Assembly (NCBI GenBank): GCA_973895155.1
Contig: OZ316892.1
Location: 22,111,168-22,175,167, forward strand
Origin: Marsupella aquatica
Lineage: Eukaryota > Plantae > Marchantiophyta
Direction of reading: 5' to 3'
DNA: 64,000 nucleotides
Shown: positions 24,703-37,080 of the stretch, in pieces
Numbering within the stretch: position 1 is the first letter of the stretch
Layout of the letters: the number at the start of each line of letters is the position of its first letter
Program-made: the position numbers and the translations under genes
Notes under the pieces: generated by a model
Databases searched by the model: none
The model's input: the letters and a program-made list of their open reading frames with translations, nothing else
What the model was told of the DNA's origin: nothing

Positions 24703-27700
24703 AGCCGGGGGTATGCCCTGTGCACGTCATCTAGGAGAGCAGATGATGTGTGGATTCTTGATTGTGCTTGCTCTTTTCATATTTGTTACATTCGTGAGTT
24801 TTTCAGTTCTTACTCTATTTCAAACGGTTCAGTTCTGATGGGAAATGATCACTCCTGTCAAATTGAGGGAATTGGGTCTGTGAAGATTCAAATGTTTGAT
24901 GGCGCTGTGCGCACAGTGTCCGGAGTCAGGTATGTACCTGGCATGCGTAAGAATCTGATTTCACTCGGTGTGTTGGATTCAAATGGTCATCAATGGAGCG
25001 TTATTGATGGTGAACTTCAAGTCAGGTCGGGAGAGACAGTGATTTTGAAGGGGAGTAGACAAAAGAATTTGTATGTGTTACAGGGCAATACTGTATGTGG
25101 AGAGGCCAATGTAACCAAGTCTCACGAGGAGATGACTCAACTGTGGCATTCACGGCTAGGCCACATGAGTGAGAAGGGTTTGGCTATCTTACGGAAGAAT
25201 GGACTCATTTCTGATTTGCAATCTTGTAAATTAGAGTTTTGTGAGCATTGCATTCTTGGAAAGCAGCATCGTCGTGCTTTTGGTGTTGGAACTCATCATT
25301 CCAAAGCGGTTCTTGAGTACATACATAGTGACGTGTGGGGTCCATCCCCGACTCCCTCACACTCTGGAAAGTTGTACTATGTATCATTTATTGATGATTA
25401 CTCAAGATTTGTGTGGATTTATTTCATGACGCATAAGTCTGATGTCTTGTCCATTTTTAAGAAGTGGAAGGCCCAGGTGGAGAATCAGACTGGAAACACG
25501 ATCAAGTGTTTGGATACAAGGGTGAAGAGTCTGAGGTCAGACAACGGCGGGGAGTACACTTCAATGGAATTTGAAGAGTACTGTTCAGAACAGGGGATAA
25601 CTCGCCATCTCACCACAGTTTATACTCCGCAGCAGAATGGTGTCGCTGAGAGGCTCAATCGGACACTGTTGGAGCGGTCACGGAGTATGTTGAGCCAATC
25701 AGGTTTACCACAAGAATTTTGGGCAGAAGCTGTCAATACCGCAGCTTATTTGGTAAATCTTTCTCCTTCTAGTGCTATCAATTTCAAAACGCCGTTTGAG
25801 ATGCGCTATAAGCGGCAAGCAGACTATCATGGCTTGGTAATTTTTGGAAGTGATGCATATGCTCTCACACCAAAGCAGAATAGGACCAAGTTGGATCCTA
25901 CCTCCAGGAAATGTGTTTTTCTTGGGTACCAGAGTGGTGTGAAAGCCTATAGGCTATGGGATCCTATTGCCTGTAAGCTCGTTGTCAGTAGGGATGTTTC
26001 CTTCAATGAATCCAGATTATTGAAGGAGGGGGAGAATACTCAGGTCTCCCGTACTGACAAAGGAAAATCTCCTATCCCGGATCTCGTTGAGGGGGAGATT
26101 GGTTATGAGGTGCATGACCGGAGAGAAGGAGTTGCTCCAATTATGGAGCTGGTTCCTGTGCCAGAGGAACCAGAGGAGTTTGTTGATGCTGGTGAGCAGC
26201 AAGTGGATGCTGTTGAGCTTCAAATTGTACCAGCACACGCAGATCAACCGGAGTCATCGGCTAGAAGAACATCTGGTCGCACTGTACGCGCTCCATCAAG
26301 GTATGGACAGTGGGTTGATTCATCTCAACTGCAAGAGGATGATTTTACAGCTGATGATGAGGGTGATGCATTAATTTTGGAAGAAGGAGAACCTTCTTCA
26401 TTTCATGAGGCAAGTGCTTCAAAGGAGAAGCAGAAGTGGACTGCAGCAATGCAAACGGAGATGCAGTCACTAAAGGACAACAAAACTTGGGAGCTTGTTA
26501 AGCTGCCTAAGGGTCAGCAAGTGGTGGACAACAAGTGGATTTACAAGCTGAAGGATAATTCCATAGGAGGTGGATCGAAGGTCTACAAGGCTAGATTGGT
26601 AGCAAAGGGATTCACACAAGAGAAAGGTGTGGATTACAATGAGGTCTTCTCACCAGTTGCTAAGTACTCTACAATACGACTATTGTGTGTACTTGTTGTA
26701 ATGTTTGGTCTGCTCCTAGATCAGATGGATGTTGTCACAGCTTTCCTCTATGGCACATTGGAAGAGGTGATCTTCATGAGACAACCGCTAGGTTTTGTGA
26801 AGAGAGGACAGGAGGAATTGGTTTGCAGATTGCTGAAATCCTTGTATGGGTTGAAGCAGTCACCAAGACAGTGGAACAAGCGGTTTGACGATTGGATTCG
26901 GTCACAAGGTTTTCACAGAAGTGTATTTGACCCTTGTGTGTATTTGAAACCGGTGAAGAATGTTGTCTTTGGGTTCATTGTTTTAGTACTTTATGTGGAT
27001 GACATGCTAATTGCAGCCAAGGATAGGTCTGAGATTGTTAAGCTCAAGGCACTGCTTAGTGCAGAGTTTAAGATGAAGGACTTAGGGCCAGCTAAGAGGA
27101 TTTTGGGTATGGAGATCACTAGGGACTTGGAGGCTGGCAAGCTATGGTTGACGCAGAGCAGTTATGCGAGGAAGGTAATTGCAAGGTTCAACATGGAGAA
27201 TAGCAAGCCAGTAAGTACCCCGTTGGCTCCACACTTCAAGTTATCATCAGCGTTCTGTCCTACGGATGACACAGAGAAGGGGTTGATGTCAAAGGTTCCA
27301 TATGACAAGGCAGTGGGGAGTCTAATGTATTTGATGACTTGCACTAGACCTGATCTTGCCATGGCTATGGGCAAGGTGAGCAGGTACATGTCGAATCCAG
27401 GGAAGGTACACTGGGAAGCAGTGAAGTGGATTATCAGGTACTTGAAGGGTACCGTGGATCATGGTCTTTTATTTGATGCGAATGCAAAGAATGCTAGATC
27501 ATTGATTGGCTATGTAGATTCTGACTATGGACAAGATTTGGACCGAAGGAGATCAACAACAGGATACGTGTTCACACTTGGCGGTGGATGCATAAGTTGG
27601 AGGTCTACTTTGCAGAAGTGTATTGCTTAGTCTACTACAGAAGCGGAGTATGTTGCAGCTGCGGAAGCAGCAAAGGAAGCGATTTGGTTGGATAGACTTA

Positions 27701-27975
27701 TCACTGAAATGGGATTGCCACAGGGGAATGTGAAGCTCCATTGTGATAGTCAAAGTGCGCTCCACCTTGCTGTGAACCAGGTGATGGACAGCAGAGTGAA
27801 GCACATTGACGTCAGGTACCATTTTATCAGGCAGGCTGTGTCTGATAATTTGTTTGAGCTAGTCAAGATTGATGGTAAACTCAACCCGGCTGACGCATTT
27901 ACCAAAGTGATTCCTTTGGAGAGTTTCTCTAGACACCGTGACGTATTGCAGGTTTTGCAATTGCATCACAAGTAG
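24703..27975 (+). pseudogene. pol: Copia Pol (PR-INT-RT-RNase H), in frame with gag; premature TAG at 27628-27630 in RNase H
   Basis: WILDCACSFH, LWHSRLGH, HSDVWGP, LRSDNGGEY, QQNGVAER, YKARLVAKGF, LYVDDM, GYVDSD, then IA*STTEAEY and KHIDVRYHFIR. Confidence 0.93.
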
Positions 27976-28155
27976 AGTTTTCTTAAACATTCATTGTAAT
28001 TACTGATATATGCTCTTCCTCATTCCTATGTATTAGGCTACGGCTTAGTTCTGGTTTGCTCTAGTTAGAGAGGGAAACCGGTTTGGTTTCTGTCCAGAAC
28101 TTCCCGCTGAGGGATCATATACATTGGCAGTATTACTCTCCCCTAGACCAGAGTC

Positions 28156-28166
28156 AAGGGGAAGAT
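28156..28166 (+). promoter_or_regulatory. Polypurine tract
   Basis: AAGGGGAAGAT immediately before the 3' LTR. Confidence 0.85.
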
Positions 28167-28605
28167 TGTTGGGTATTTACTCTTACGTCTAGGTTAGGTA
28201 TGACGTGGTTGGTACAACAACGTGGGTTGGTACAACTACGTGGTTAGGTACAACTACGTGATTAGGTACAACTATGTGGTTAGGTACAACTACGTGATTA
28301 GGTACAACTATGTGGTTAGGTACAACTATGTGGTTAGGTACAACTAAGTTGCACACTATATCATAAGAGGCATGTGTGCTTGGAGAGGGAGAACCAAGGC
28401 TCATTGTTATGGAGCCACTTGAGAGATAGGGAGAGCTTACACTGTGGAGACTCGGTATAGCCGACGGGCTTAGAGTTCAGTAAAGCTCTCTTGTGTGTTC
28501 CCGTGGACGTAGCCTCAAGGAGGTGAACCACGTATCTCTTGTGTCGACTATTGTGCGTTGGATGGTTCATGGGCTTGCCGTTGCGATCGTCGTCTATGCT
28601 CAACA
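28167..28605 (+). repeat. Copia 3' LTR (439 bp; eight GGTACAAC cores)
   Basis: TGTTGGG...CAACA followed by TSD CCATT. Confidence 0.95.
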
Positions 28606-28610
28606 CCATT

Positions 28611-29196
28611 CCACCTCTGTAAACAAACGTTTGTCCAGATCACCCTTTGATCTGATCGCAATTTCACGTAGGATCCTAATGCAGTCTTCAGGTTCTTCCT
28701 CCTCTAGAGATGCAGCTCGCCTCTCCTCATTCTCTCATGGCCCCGCTCTCCCCTTCGGTGCGCAACCAAAGCCCTCAGTTGCGCCTCTCCTCTCATTTCC
28801 CCAATCCCTGGGCTGAAAAACATCTCTTTTCGTCCCAGTTCCCTCCGTCTCCTCCAGGGTCCTTGGTAGTCTTGTTCCCCTCTCCGCGTTGAGCTCAGGC
28901 CTGGTTTCCATGGCAGGACGCTCAATGTCCATCACATTATCACTCAATGAGTCTCGGGCAGCGGTAGGTGTAGTCAAGGCCGGGTCAATCCACCCCGAAC
29001 GCGCATCTTGCGCAGAGAATTCCACAGGAGGTCCCTTGCCCTCACTTTCCAGCACCGGTGTTCGCTCCACCGCTACCTCGTTATAAGCACTAGGAGGCGC
29101 TTGCATCATCCTTGCAGCTCGTCCACCAGCAAGGCGCCCCCCACGAGAGAATCTACGCCCAGAGGATCCGTAATAGTCTATCCCCTGATCACCCAT
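28611..29196 (-). pseudogene. LINE ORF1 N-terminal part
   Basis: Starts MGDQGIDYYGSSG and has a frameshift. It continues across the copia TSD into the DUF4283-like region at 22033. Confidence 0.6.
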
Positions 29197-30276
29197 CTTA
29201 CTAACTTCTTCTATTAATCGATTGCCGTGTCATCCACTCAGGAAACAAAGAGTCAAAGTCTTCTCTTACTTACCCATGATTCAGTCGACAGTCCGCAGCC
29301 TCACGTAGCACACAGCGCCCGAATCGCCATTCTTCCCCTCGGCAGCGCTTAGACAATTCTCTTCCTGGTTATTCCTTACATATCCCAACAATCACAGAAG
29401 AAACAGTCTCCCCGACAAGGATGGCATTTTTCCCCACGATCTTCGTGACGCACCGTGGTACCCCAAAGAGATCCTAGTGAAAATTGCCACACCTCCTTCA
29501 ACACTCTGAGGTCGAGCATAGTAGATTCCAGTACTTCTCCGCAAACACCTTCCTCTTCACCCTCCTTTCTCAAATGCAATGAGGTCCAACTCCTACGTCC
29601 CTCCGCACGACGCACGGTCACCAGAGTGTCCATCCGCCATTTTTTGCGCAGGCACCCGAAACGCCAGTGCTTGACTCAGAGCTCCCGCGACCAAAAGATA
29701 AAGGGGTCACACGAGAGCCCGCCACTATTTACTCAACCAAATCCCCTCCTCCGACCTCAATCCCGCAGAACCAACATCCTCCTGCTAGAATTTACTGTAA
29801 CAATCCGTCCCCTCCCCCAAAAACCAAAGCAGAGGATCTCACAGTAAGTCCTTAAGTGTAGACACAGCCAGAGCCAGAGCCGCTGACACGATTCAGCTCA
29901 GCCATTTCCAATCCTCTTTGACTTCCCGCTATTCTCTCCCCCCGCAAACCTCGTTGTAAAACTGCCTTCCCATGCTCTGTTCCCACCACTGCCAAAACTG
30001 AGAGCACACAGTGTGCCCTAATACTCAGTCTCGACTTTGATCGCGCTCGTTTGCAGCTATAGCAGTACCGATTCCAAACTGTTAACAGCCCCAACAACTT
30101 CACTTGAATGCCAACGTAACCTACTTCACGATTCCTCTCGGATATCCAAGGTCCCTCCCGATCCCGCAGGGATCAGAACAAAACCACAAAAGGGAGAGCA
30201 CTTCTCAGCTCCGCCAATGCGCTTTCCAAGCTTTCTCCTTAGTTCTTCAGGACTCGTCTTGTTAGAGTAACTTTGG

Positions 30277-31884
30277 TGTCAAAGGGGGGAGATGCAAAAA
30301 TATCTTGGTGCACCATTTGGGGTGGGCTTGAGCACGGAGCAACTGCACAAATTCTGCCTCGACAAAATTTGTGCCAGGCTTGCTGTTTGGTCCAACAAGT
30401 TGCTTTCCTTTACTGGCCGATCATTACTAGTTAAACAGGTGCTGCTTGCTATTCCGATCTACCATGTTATGTATTGCAAGGCGTCTGCTGGTCTAGCCAA
30501 GAAGCTTATTGCTCTCAGTAGAGAGTTTCTATGGGGATACAATGACTCAGGAGGGAAGAAGGTCCCGTTGGTGGCTTGGGACAGGATGGCACTGCCACGA
30601 GTGGAGGGGGGATTGGGATTTCGGGATTTCCACAGCCACTCTGATGCCCTGCTCTCTCAATGGTTCACTAAGGCACTGAACTCGCCAGAACTGGAATGGT
30701 CCAAGATGTTGGCGGCCAATCTGGGATTGTTGGGGTGGATGAACTACAAGGTTATTAGGAGAAATGGATACTCCTTCCAGGACCAGTTGCTTTTATGTAC
30801 ACCTCGTTCCTTTAGTGGGCTCCCCTACACTATGGGTCTCTGGCGATGCTGGGAGCTAGTGAGAGCCCATCTATCCTTTGAGCCTGGCCGGGGGGGGCCG
30901 CCTGCCCGGTGGAGCATCACTGACACACTCAGATGTATGGTGGGCTTTCATTCTCTTCCTAATTCGGCCATTACGGACATTGCAACGATCTGTGGCCGGC
31001 TGGGAATGAGATCGATTGGTGATGGTTGGTCGGCGGAGGAAGGATGTTGGAAGGACCTCCCGCTTAGATGGAGCAACATGCGTGGATTCTCTGCAGAGCA
31101 TCGATTGCTTGCACGGAAGTTCTTGGAAAGTATATGGAGCGCTTCACACTGCCGGTCAGAGTACTTCCTGTATGCCAAACAGTGGAGGTGGACAGATAGA
31201 CCTGAACCATTGAAGGATTTCAGAATTCAGAACTGCAGAGTGTATGACTTCTTGCAGCCCAAGACCTCAAATCTCGAACGCCTGAATAGGATCTGGTCTC
31301 TTACCCGAGAGGAGAGAGGATGGAATGAGAGCTGGTCCAGACTGTGGAGATCGGATTTACCAACCAGAGGCAAGACCTTTATATGGAGGATCATTGTGGG
31401 GGGCTTGTTCACTAGGGCCCGTGCACTTAGATTAGAGGTGAGCAATGGTGACTGCAAGTTGTGCAGCGGACGGCTGGAAACCATCCCTCACCTTTTTTTC
31501 CAATGTGCACATGCTGTCTGTTGCTGGCGTCTCTGTTTGACCTCGTTGAGTGCGCTGGATATGCCAATTGGACAAGGGCTGATGGCCCTTTTAGATGCAG
31601 CCTGTGGGAGGGAGCCGATCCGAGTGGCGCAACTTTTTGTCTTGCACCAGATTCTCTGGAGGCTCTGGATTGGGAGAAACACTCACATGTTTCAGACGGG
31701 GGGGAGACGTGTGTTTGACCTGGGACTTGTACTGTCAGAGGCAGTGGAAAACTTATTCGCTGCTGGTCGGCGTTGCCCCTCGGGCAAGAAGTGCACTCGC
31801 CTGCTGCACGCCAAATCATGTATCGATGGGCTTCGCAGGAGCTGGCTTGGCAGCGGGGGGATCAGTTTCACTTCCGCTGGGTGA
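30277..31884 (+). pseudogene. LINE ORF2 C-terminal part (post-RT region + zf-RVT)
   Basis: KYLGAPF, LSFTGRSLLVKQVL, VAWDRMALPRVEGGLG and CKLCSGRLETIPHLFFQC. Confidence 0.9.
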
Positions 31885-32509
31885 CTTTGATTTTGCAGTG
31901 ATGTTTGAACGTTGAGACCAATGGATGTTTGGTTCTGGGGGCACTGATGCCCTCAAGCTGGTTGTGAGTTTGTGTGGTGTGGGTTTGGGTTGCTGGTAGG
32001 TGTCTCCGGGGAGAGTAATTCCTTGCCTTAGGTGGATTTGGGTTGGTTTTTTGAGGTTTGGCCCTCTGTTCTTTCTTGGCTGCCTCCTGGGAAACCTGGT
32101 CTGTTTGTGCGCCCTCCCCGTGGGGCTTTTCACGGGGGAACTGAAATGATTTATTTATGGCTACCATTCCAAGGAAGAGCCAACATGCTCTTACCAAAAA
32201 ATACGGTCACCCAAACAGCGTTGCTAGTTGGTGGCACGTCCATTATGCGCGATAGGATTTGGGGGTGACAGGTCTCCAGAAGCATATATGAAGAGAGTGG
32301 TGTCTCCCTGGTTGCTAAAGCAAGCCGAAGTCGTGAGCCGTGGCGGTCGCAACACTAAGGGAAATTGTCAAACGGAAATGACGTTATCTTCCCAACGGAA
32401 AGTCCGTTGGAGGACTTCTTGGATGTGTTGGAAAGCTCTCAAGAAGGGCTATGCCCTCTTGAGCTCATCTAGGTCAAGGGGCATCATGGATTCTTGGGGT
32501 TTGCGGGTG

Positions 32510-33087
32510 TGTGGTGCGTCCCATGGCTCCCCAAACCCAAGAAAACCCCCTTGCTCAAGCCGATTCCCGCAATTTCGTCCTTGGCGAGGCCATTTCCGTG
32601 GCTTAGCGGCATGGGACGCTGCTAACTCTCCTTCTACTACTATTAACATTTTACACACATATATTGGACAGATCCTTCATCGGGTCATGAGATACTTAGC
32701 CGGCCTATTCTAGGCCTTCCCTTGTATTCCTCTCCTGGTCTTCTATTAGGTATGTTTGGATTCCGCCGCCGGAATGATCCCCAATTGGCTTGGTTAAGCC
32801 GCTAAGACCTCTCTCAGCTCGACACATCCAACTCTCACTCCCTTGCTACTTCCCTTCATTGATGTGGGCACTCTTCACACAAGTTAATGCGACACACAAA
32901 TAGCAAAATGACTCCTTCTGACTGAGTTATACCATGCACTTGCCATACAAACAGTACATCTCATACACAAGCTCTACGAACTAAGCCGTGAGGCCAACTC
33001 TATTCAGTTCTTAGGCATGAAGAAACATGAATATACACAAGGGTCACTGTATAACTAACCGAGAGCTTCTCTTACTACTTGATCCCA
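32510..33087. mobile_element. Long LTR-like unit, copy 3 (first ~580 bp, cut by the CACTA insertion)
   Basis: Starts TGTGGTGCGTCCCATGG and is highly similar to 53713-54299 up to GATCCCA, where the CACTA terminus begins. Confidence 0.88.
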
Positions 33088-33294
33088 CACTAGAAGGAAA
33101 TCGGGATTTTATCACTACCTAATTCACTTGTTTCAGAGTGATAACGGACAATTTACAACTCAATGGTTTGAGTGCACTAATGTCAGTCGCTTTAGACAAC
33201 TAGTCGTATTGAGCATGAAGTCGTTTATAACAAGTACTCAAAATGTATGAGTGGTTTATGTCACCGTCGGTTTCAAACCCAACGGTCTTAAATA

Positions 33295-34099
33295 ACTAGA
33301 AAAATAACAGTTATTTAAATTTTGCCCAAAACAACTACTATGGTGACTTTTTTTGACAAATGATACTTAGACATGTGGCGGTCTCCACAATCATTGGGGG
33401 TGACATTTGCCAAAAGTCAATTGTGGTCAATGCACCTTGAATCTCAAACAACTTCTTTCATGACTAGAATTCAAGTAGAAACTATATAGCCCTTGCCACT
33501 ATATGACTAGATTTTGAGTCTTAAAGATACTTTGTGTCAAACTTTCAATACTAGTTATATGACTAGAAAAATAACAATTATTAAATTTTGCCCAAAACAA
33601 CTACTATGGTGACTTTTTTTGACAAATGATACCTAAACATGTGGCGGTCTCCAGAATCATTGGGGGTGACAATTGCCAAAAGTCAATTGTGATCAATGCA
33701 CCCTGAACCTCAAATAACTTATTTCATGACTAGAATTCAAGTAGAAACTATATAGCCCTTGCCACTATATGACTAGATTTTGAGTCTTAAAGATACTTTG
33801 TGTCAAACTTTTAATACTAGTTATATGACTAGAAAAATAACAATTATTAAATTTTGCCCAAAACAACTACTATGGTGACTTTTTTTGACAAATGATACCT
33901 AAACATGTGGCGGTCTCCAGAATCATTGGGGGTGACAATTGCCAAAAGTCAATTGTGATCAATGCACCCTGAACCTCAAATAACTTATTTCATGACTAGA
34001 ATTCAAGTAGAAACTATATAGCCCTTGCCACTATATGACTAGATTTTGAGTCTTAAAGATACTTTGTGTCAACTTTTAATACTAGTTATATGACTAGAA
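33295..34099. repeat. Tandem repeat, ~266-bp unit x3 (CACTA subterminal region)
   Basis: ACTAGAAAAATAACA...TTGCCCAAAACAACTACTATGG starts at 33295, 33562 and 33828, with a partial start at 34093. Confidence 0.92.
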
Positions 34100-37080
34100 T
34101 TGAAATCATAACCAAATTACATTTACAACTTGTAGTGTCACTAAATTTAAAGTGATAACATGACATATTAGACACATGTAGTACTTGCAGCTATATAACT
34201 AAGTTTAATGTAATAAAGATATTATTTTACAATTTAGTTCTTGATATATGTCTTAAATTGAAGTAGTAATTGTAAAGCTTTTATTATTTGTTATATATGA
34301 CTGTATTTACAGACCTATCATTCAGTCCATTATTATTTGCTATATGATTACATCTTAAGTGTTATAGATTGCTACGTTACAACTTTAAAATGGGTGATGA
34401 ACATCATATCTTTGATAACTATAGTTGCAGTAGTATGGCCATAGTCTAGTATTGATCACTTCAATTGTAGTGATTTGGGTGTACTATAGAACTTGAATGA
34501 TAGTACATTGGAATGTCGAATCACTAGATGTAGAGTCATTAGTTTTAAAGTTCTAAACCCTAAATAGCAATAGCAAAAACCTCAAATGTCTCACATACAC
34601 ATTCAAATAAATTTGAGAAATGACACAATCTTAGTAAGTCATCATTTCAAACACCAACAAAATTCCAGAGTGATACACATCTGGGAATCCAAAAACTGAG
34701 AGCCATAGTTGCACAATAGTATCCATGCTACCTATATGGGAACCTACATACTTCTTCAATCACATGGATTCTCTATTGCAAGCTCTACTCCTCAATTACT
34801 AATCCTACTTCCTCATTAACTTCTGCCTCCACAAAAATGGGTGCCCCTTCACATGTTTGAGGGCTACCAAGCCTTCTGGGTGCTTTTCTTGGAGAGGTGC
34901 ATCTTCATTCAAAATAGAAACAGCTTTGACAATCAAGAAGCCAGTAGGAACTGGGTTGTCATAATATCTGTAATAGAGGGGTTAAGCCCTTAAGGATAGA
35001 AAAGTTATCTTATGTGAAAAAAATAGTTTTCAATGACCATGTTGAGGGCCTTGAATGACTATTTAAGCATCTGTGAGTATATTAAGCTTGAATCATGCCA
35101 AGGTGCATATAAAGATGTTATGGTCCCTCATCCGACTCAATAGTGAAAGAGGAATAAAACCATAAATGGATTGGTATTGGGAAAATCTGATAGCGAGGAG
35201 AGACCTACTTCAAACCCTCAAGCAAAGGTTTAACTTTGGAATTGAGGTTCAACTTTTCACAAATTTGAGTTAGACGGCTAATTCTAAGGTGAATTAATCA
35301 GTGCATTTCAGCAACAAGTAGCTCAATCTTTTATCAAGGTTGTGTTACCCCACCTTCCAATAGTTCATGGGAAAAATTACACCAACTAAGTGATGGAAAT
35401 TGAGGAGTTATTTCATCCGGAATTTGAACCGGTTTCCATCCGGTTTTTGAGCCGGTTTTTGATCCGGTTTGGACATACCATCCGGTAGAAAAATTACCAT
35501 AACTCTCAAACCATTTATCCAAATCAAGATATGTAAAGTGTGTTGGAAAGCTCTTTCCGATGCGGTTAAGATATATATAAAGAAGTCTGAAAATGGACTC
35601 GAAATGACCCACTTAATATTATGAGACTCCAACCGGTGCAACCAAGAGATATCCGAGATTTCCGGACAAATAATAGAATGAAGATTTTGAAGCTTTGTTT
35701 CCACACCATTTGACCTTCAAGATGTCTGACTTTGGACCAATAGAAAGCATGATCCATGGCTAAAGACCTTAACCAATCAAAATGTTGGATAAGTATGAAA
35801 GGATACTATGAAAAGATATACCCATTCATTGGAAGATGGAGAGACTCGATAGTCAAATTCTTATTACTTTGGCACTCCTACATTTTACTTACACCAATGG
35901 ACATTATCTCAAGACCTCATTTTTGGAAACCTTTCACTTTGAAACCAAGAAATGTACTACTTACTTCCTATTTTACTACTACCTTTGGAGGTATCACTTT
36001 CATGCCAAACCCTCTCAACTCCATTGATCCAGTAGTAGACTCCACATCGGTGAAGCCTGACACTTCAACTCCTGAAGAGTAAAAAGTTATTCCATCCGGA
36101 AGTTGAACCGGCTTCCCATCCGGTTTCCCACCCGGTTTTTGATCCGGTTTCGTGTTTGAAGCCCTATAAAACTTAGTATAGGAAGAATTAGACTTTGAAT
36201 TTTTGTTGAGCACTTTATCTCATAGTCTAGTTTCAGACTTTAGCATTACTTTTTACTTTTACACTTAGGTTAGGAATTGAAGAGGCATACCTCTTCAACT
36301 TTTGTTTAGAGGTATTCTATTGTGCGAGCAAACAGGAGTTTTGCTAGCGAGGACAGCAGGCTAGCGAGGCAAGTTTGCGCGTAATCTGAGGGTAGTTAAG
36401 GCGCATTCCCAAGTAAGATTGTCAATATATACTGTGAAACAGTTAAGGAAAACAAAAATGCAGATACTTAAATATTCACAAACTCAAAAATCGAGATCTT
36501 CACTACACTGAACTGAATGAAAAGGCATCATCACTGTCAACAAAACCAGGTCAAAAAACCTTTCACAATCCATCTTTAATAAAACTTTGGTATGACAAAT
36601 ATCTTCTGGAATGAGATTGCATCTGAAATTGACCATGAGTCATTGAGAATCCTCTGATTCCAAATCATCTGAGGAATTACTAGGATCGCTACTGGACTCC
36701 CTATCAGTCTCCTCAGCCGAACCGTCAACATACTGTGCTACAGTCCCAGCCTCATCATCTATGAACTGAGGGCAGTAAAGGGCTTTCCGAACACCCCTCA
36801 CTGACCGCAGACCTTTCCCCTCCCAAGTCAAAACGACAAGCGCTTCATCAACCTCCTTTGCAGTCTTTTCAGCATAGCATGGAAGCGCAAATCCCTTGTC
36901 AGGGGTCACAAGAAAATGATCCTCAATTTCTTTCCGAAGACGGAATCTCTCCTCTGAAAACCAATCCGAACGCCTATCACTGAAGAAATCACCAGAATCG
37001 GATCAATACTAAACATCCAAAAATTCTACAAACAAAAGAAAAACACCAAATAGGGAGTTCTACATCAAAGGCCAAGTGCT

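Larger units (their letters stand above)
22039..28605 (+). mobile_element. Ty1/copia LTR retrotransposon, full length, recent
   Basis: TG...CA LTRs, TSD CCATT (22034-22038 and 28606-28610), PBS and PPT, domain order gag-PR-INT-RT-RH. Confidence 0.97.
17888..32174. mobile_element. L1-clade LINE with inverted 5' portion (17888-~30276 minus, ~30277-32174 plus)
   Basis: A 17-bp TSD AAGAGCCAACATGCTCT sits at 17871-17887 and 32175-32191. ORF2 stops at ...WLNNTGCHI beside the left TSD and resumes as CQRGEMQKYLG on the opposite strand at ~30277. Confidence 0.9.
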
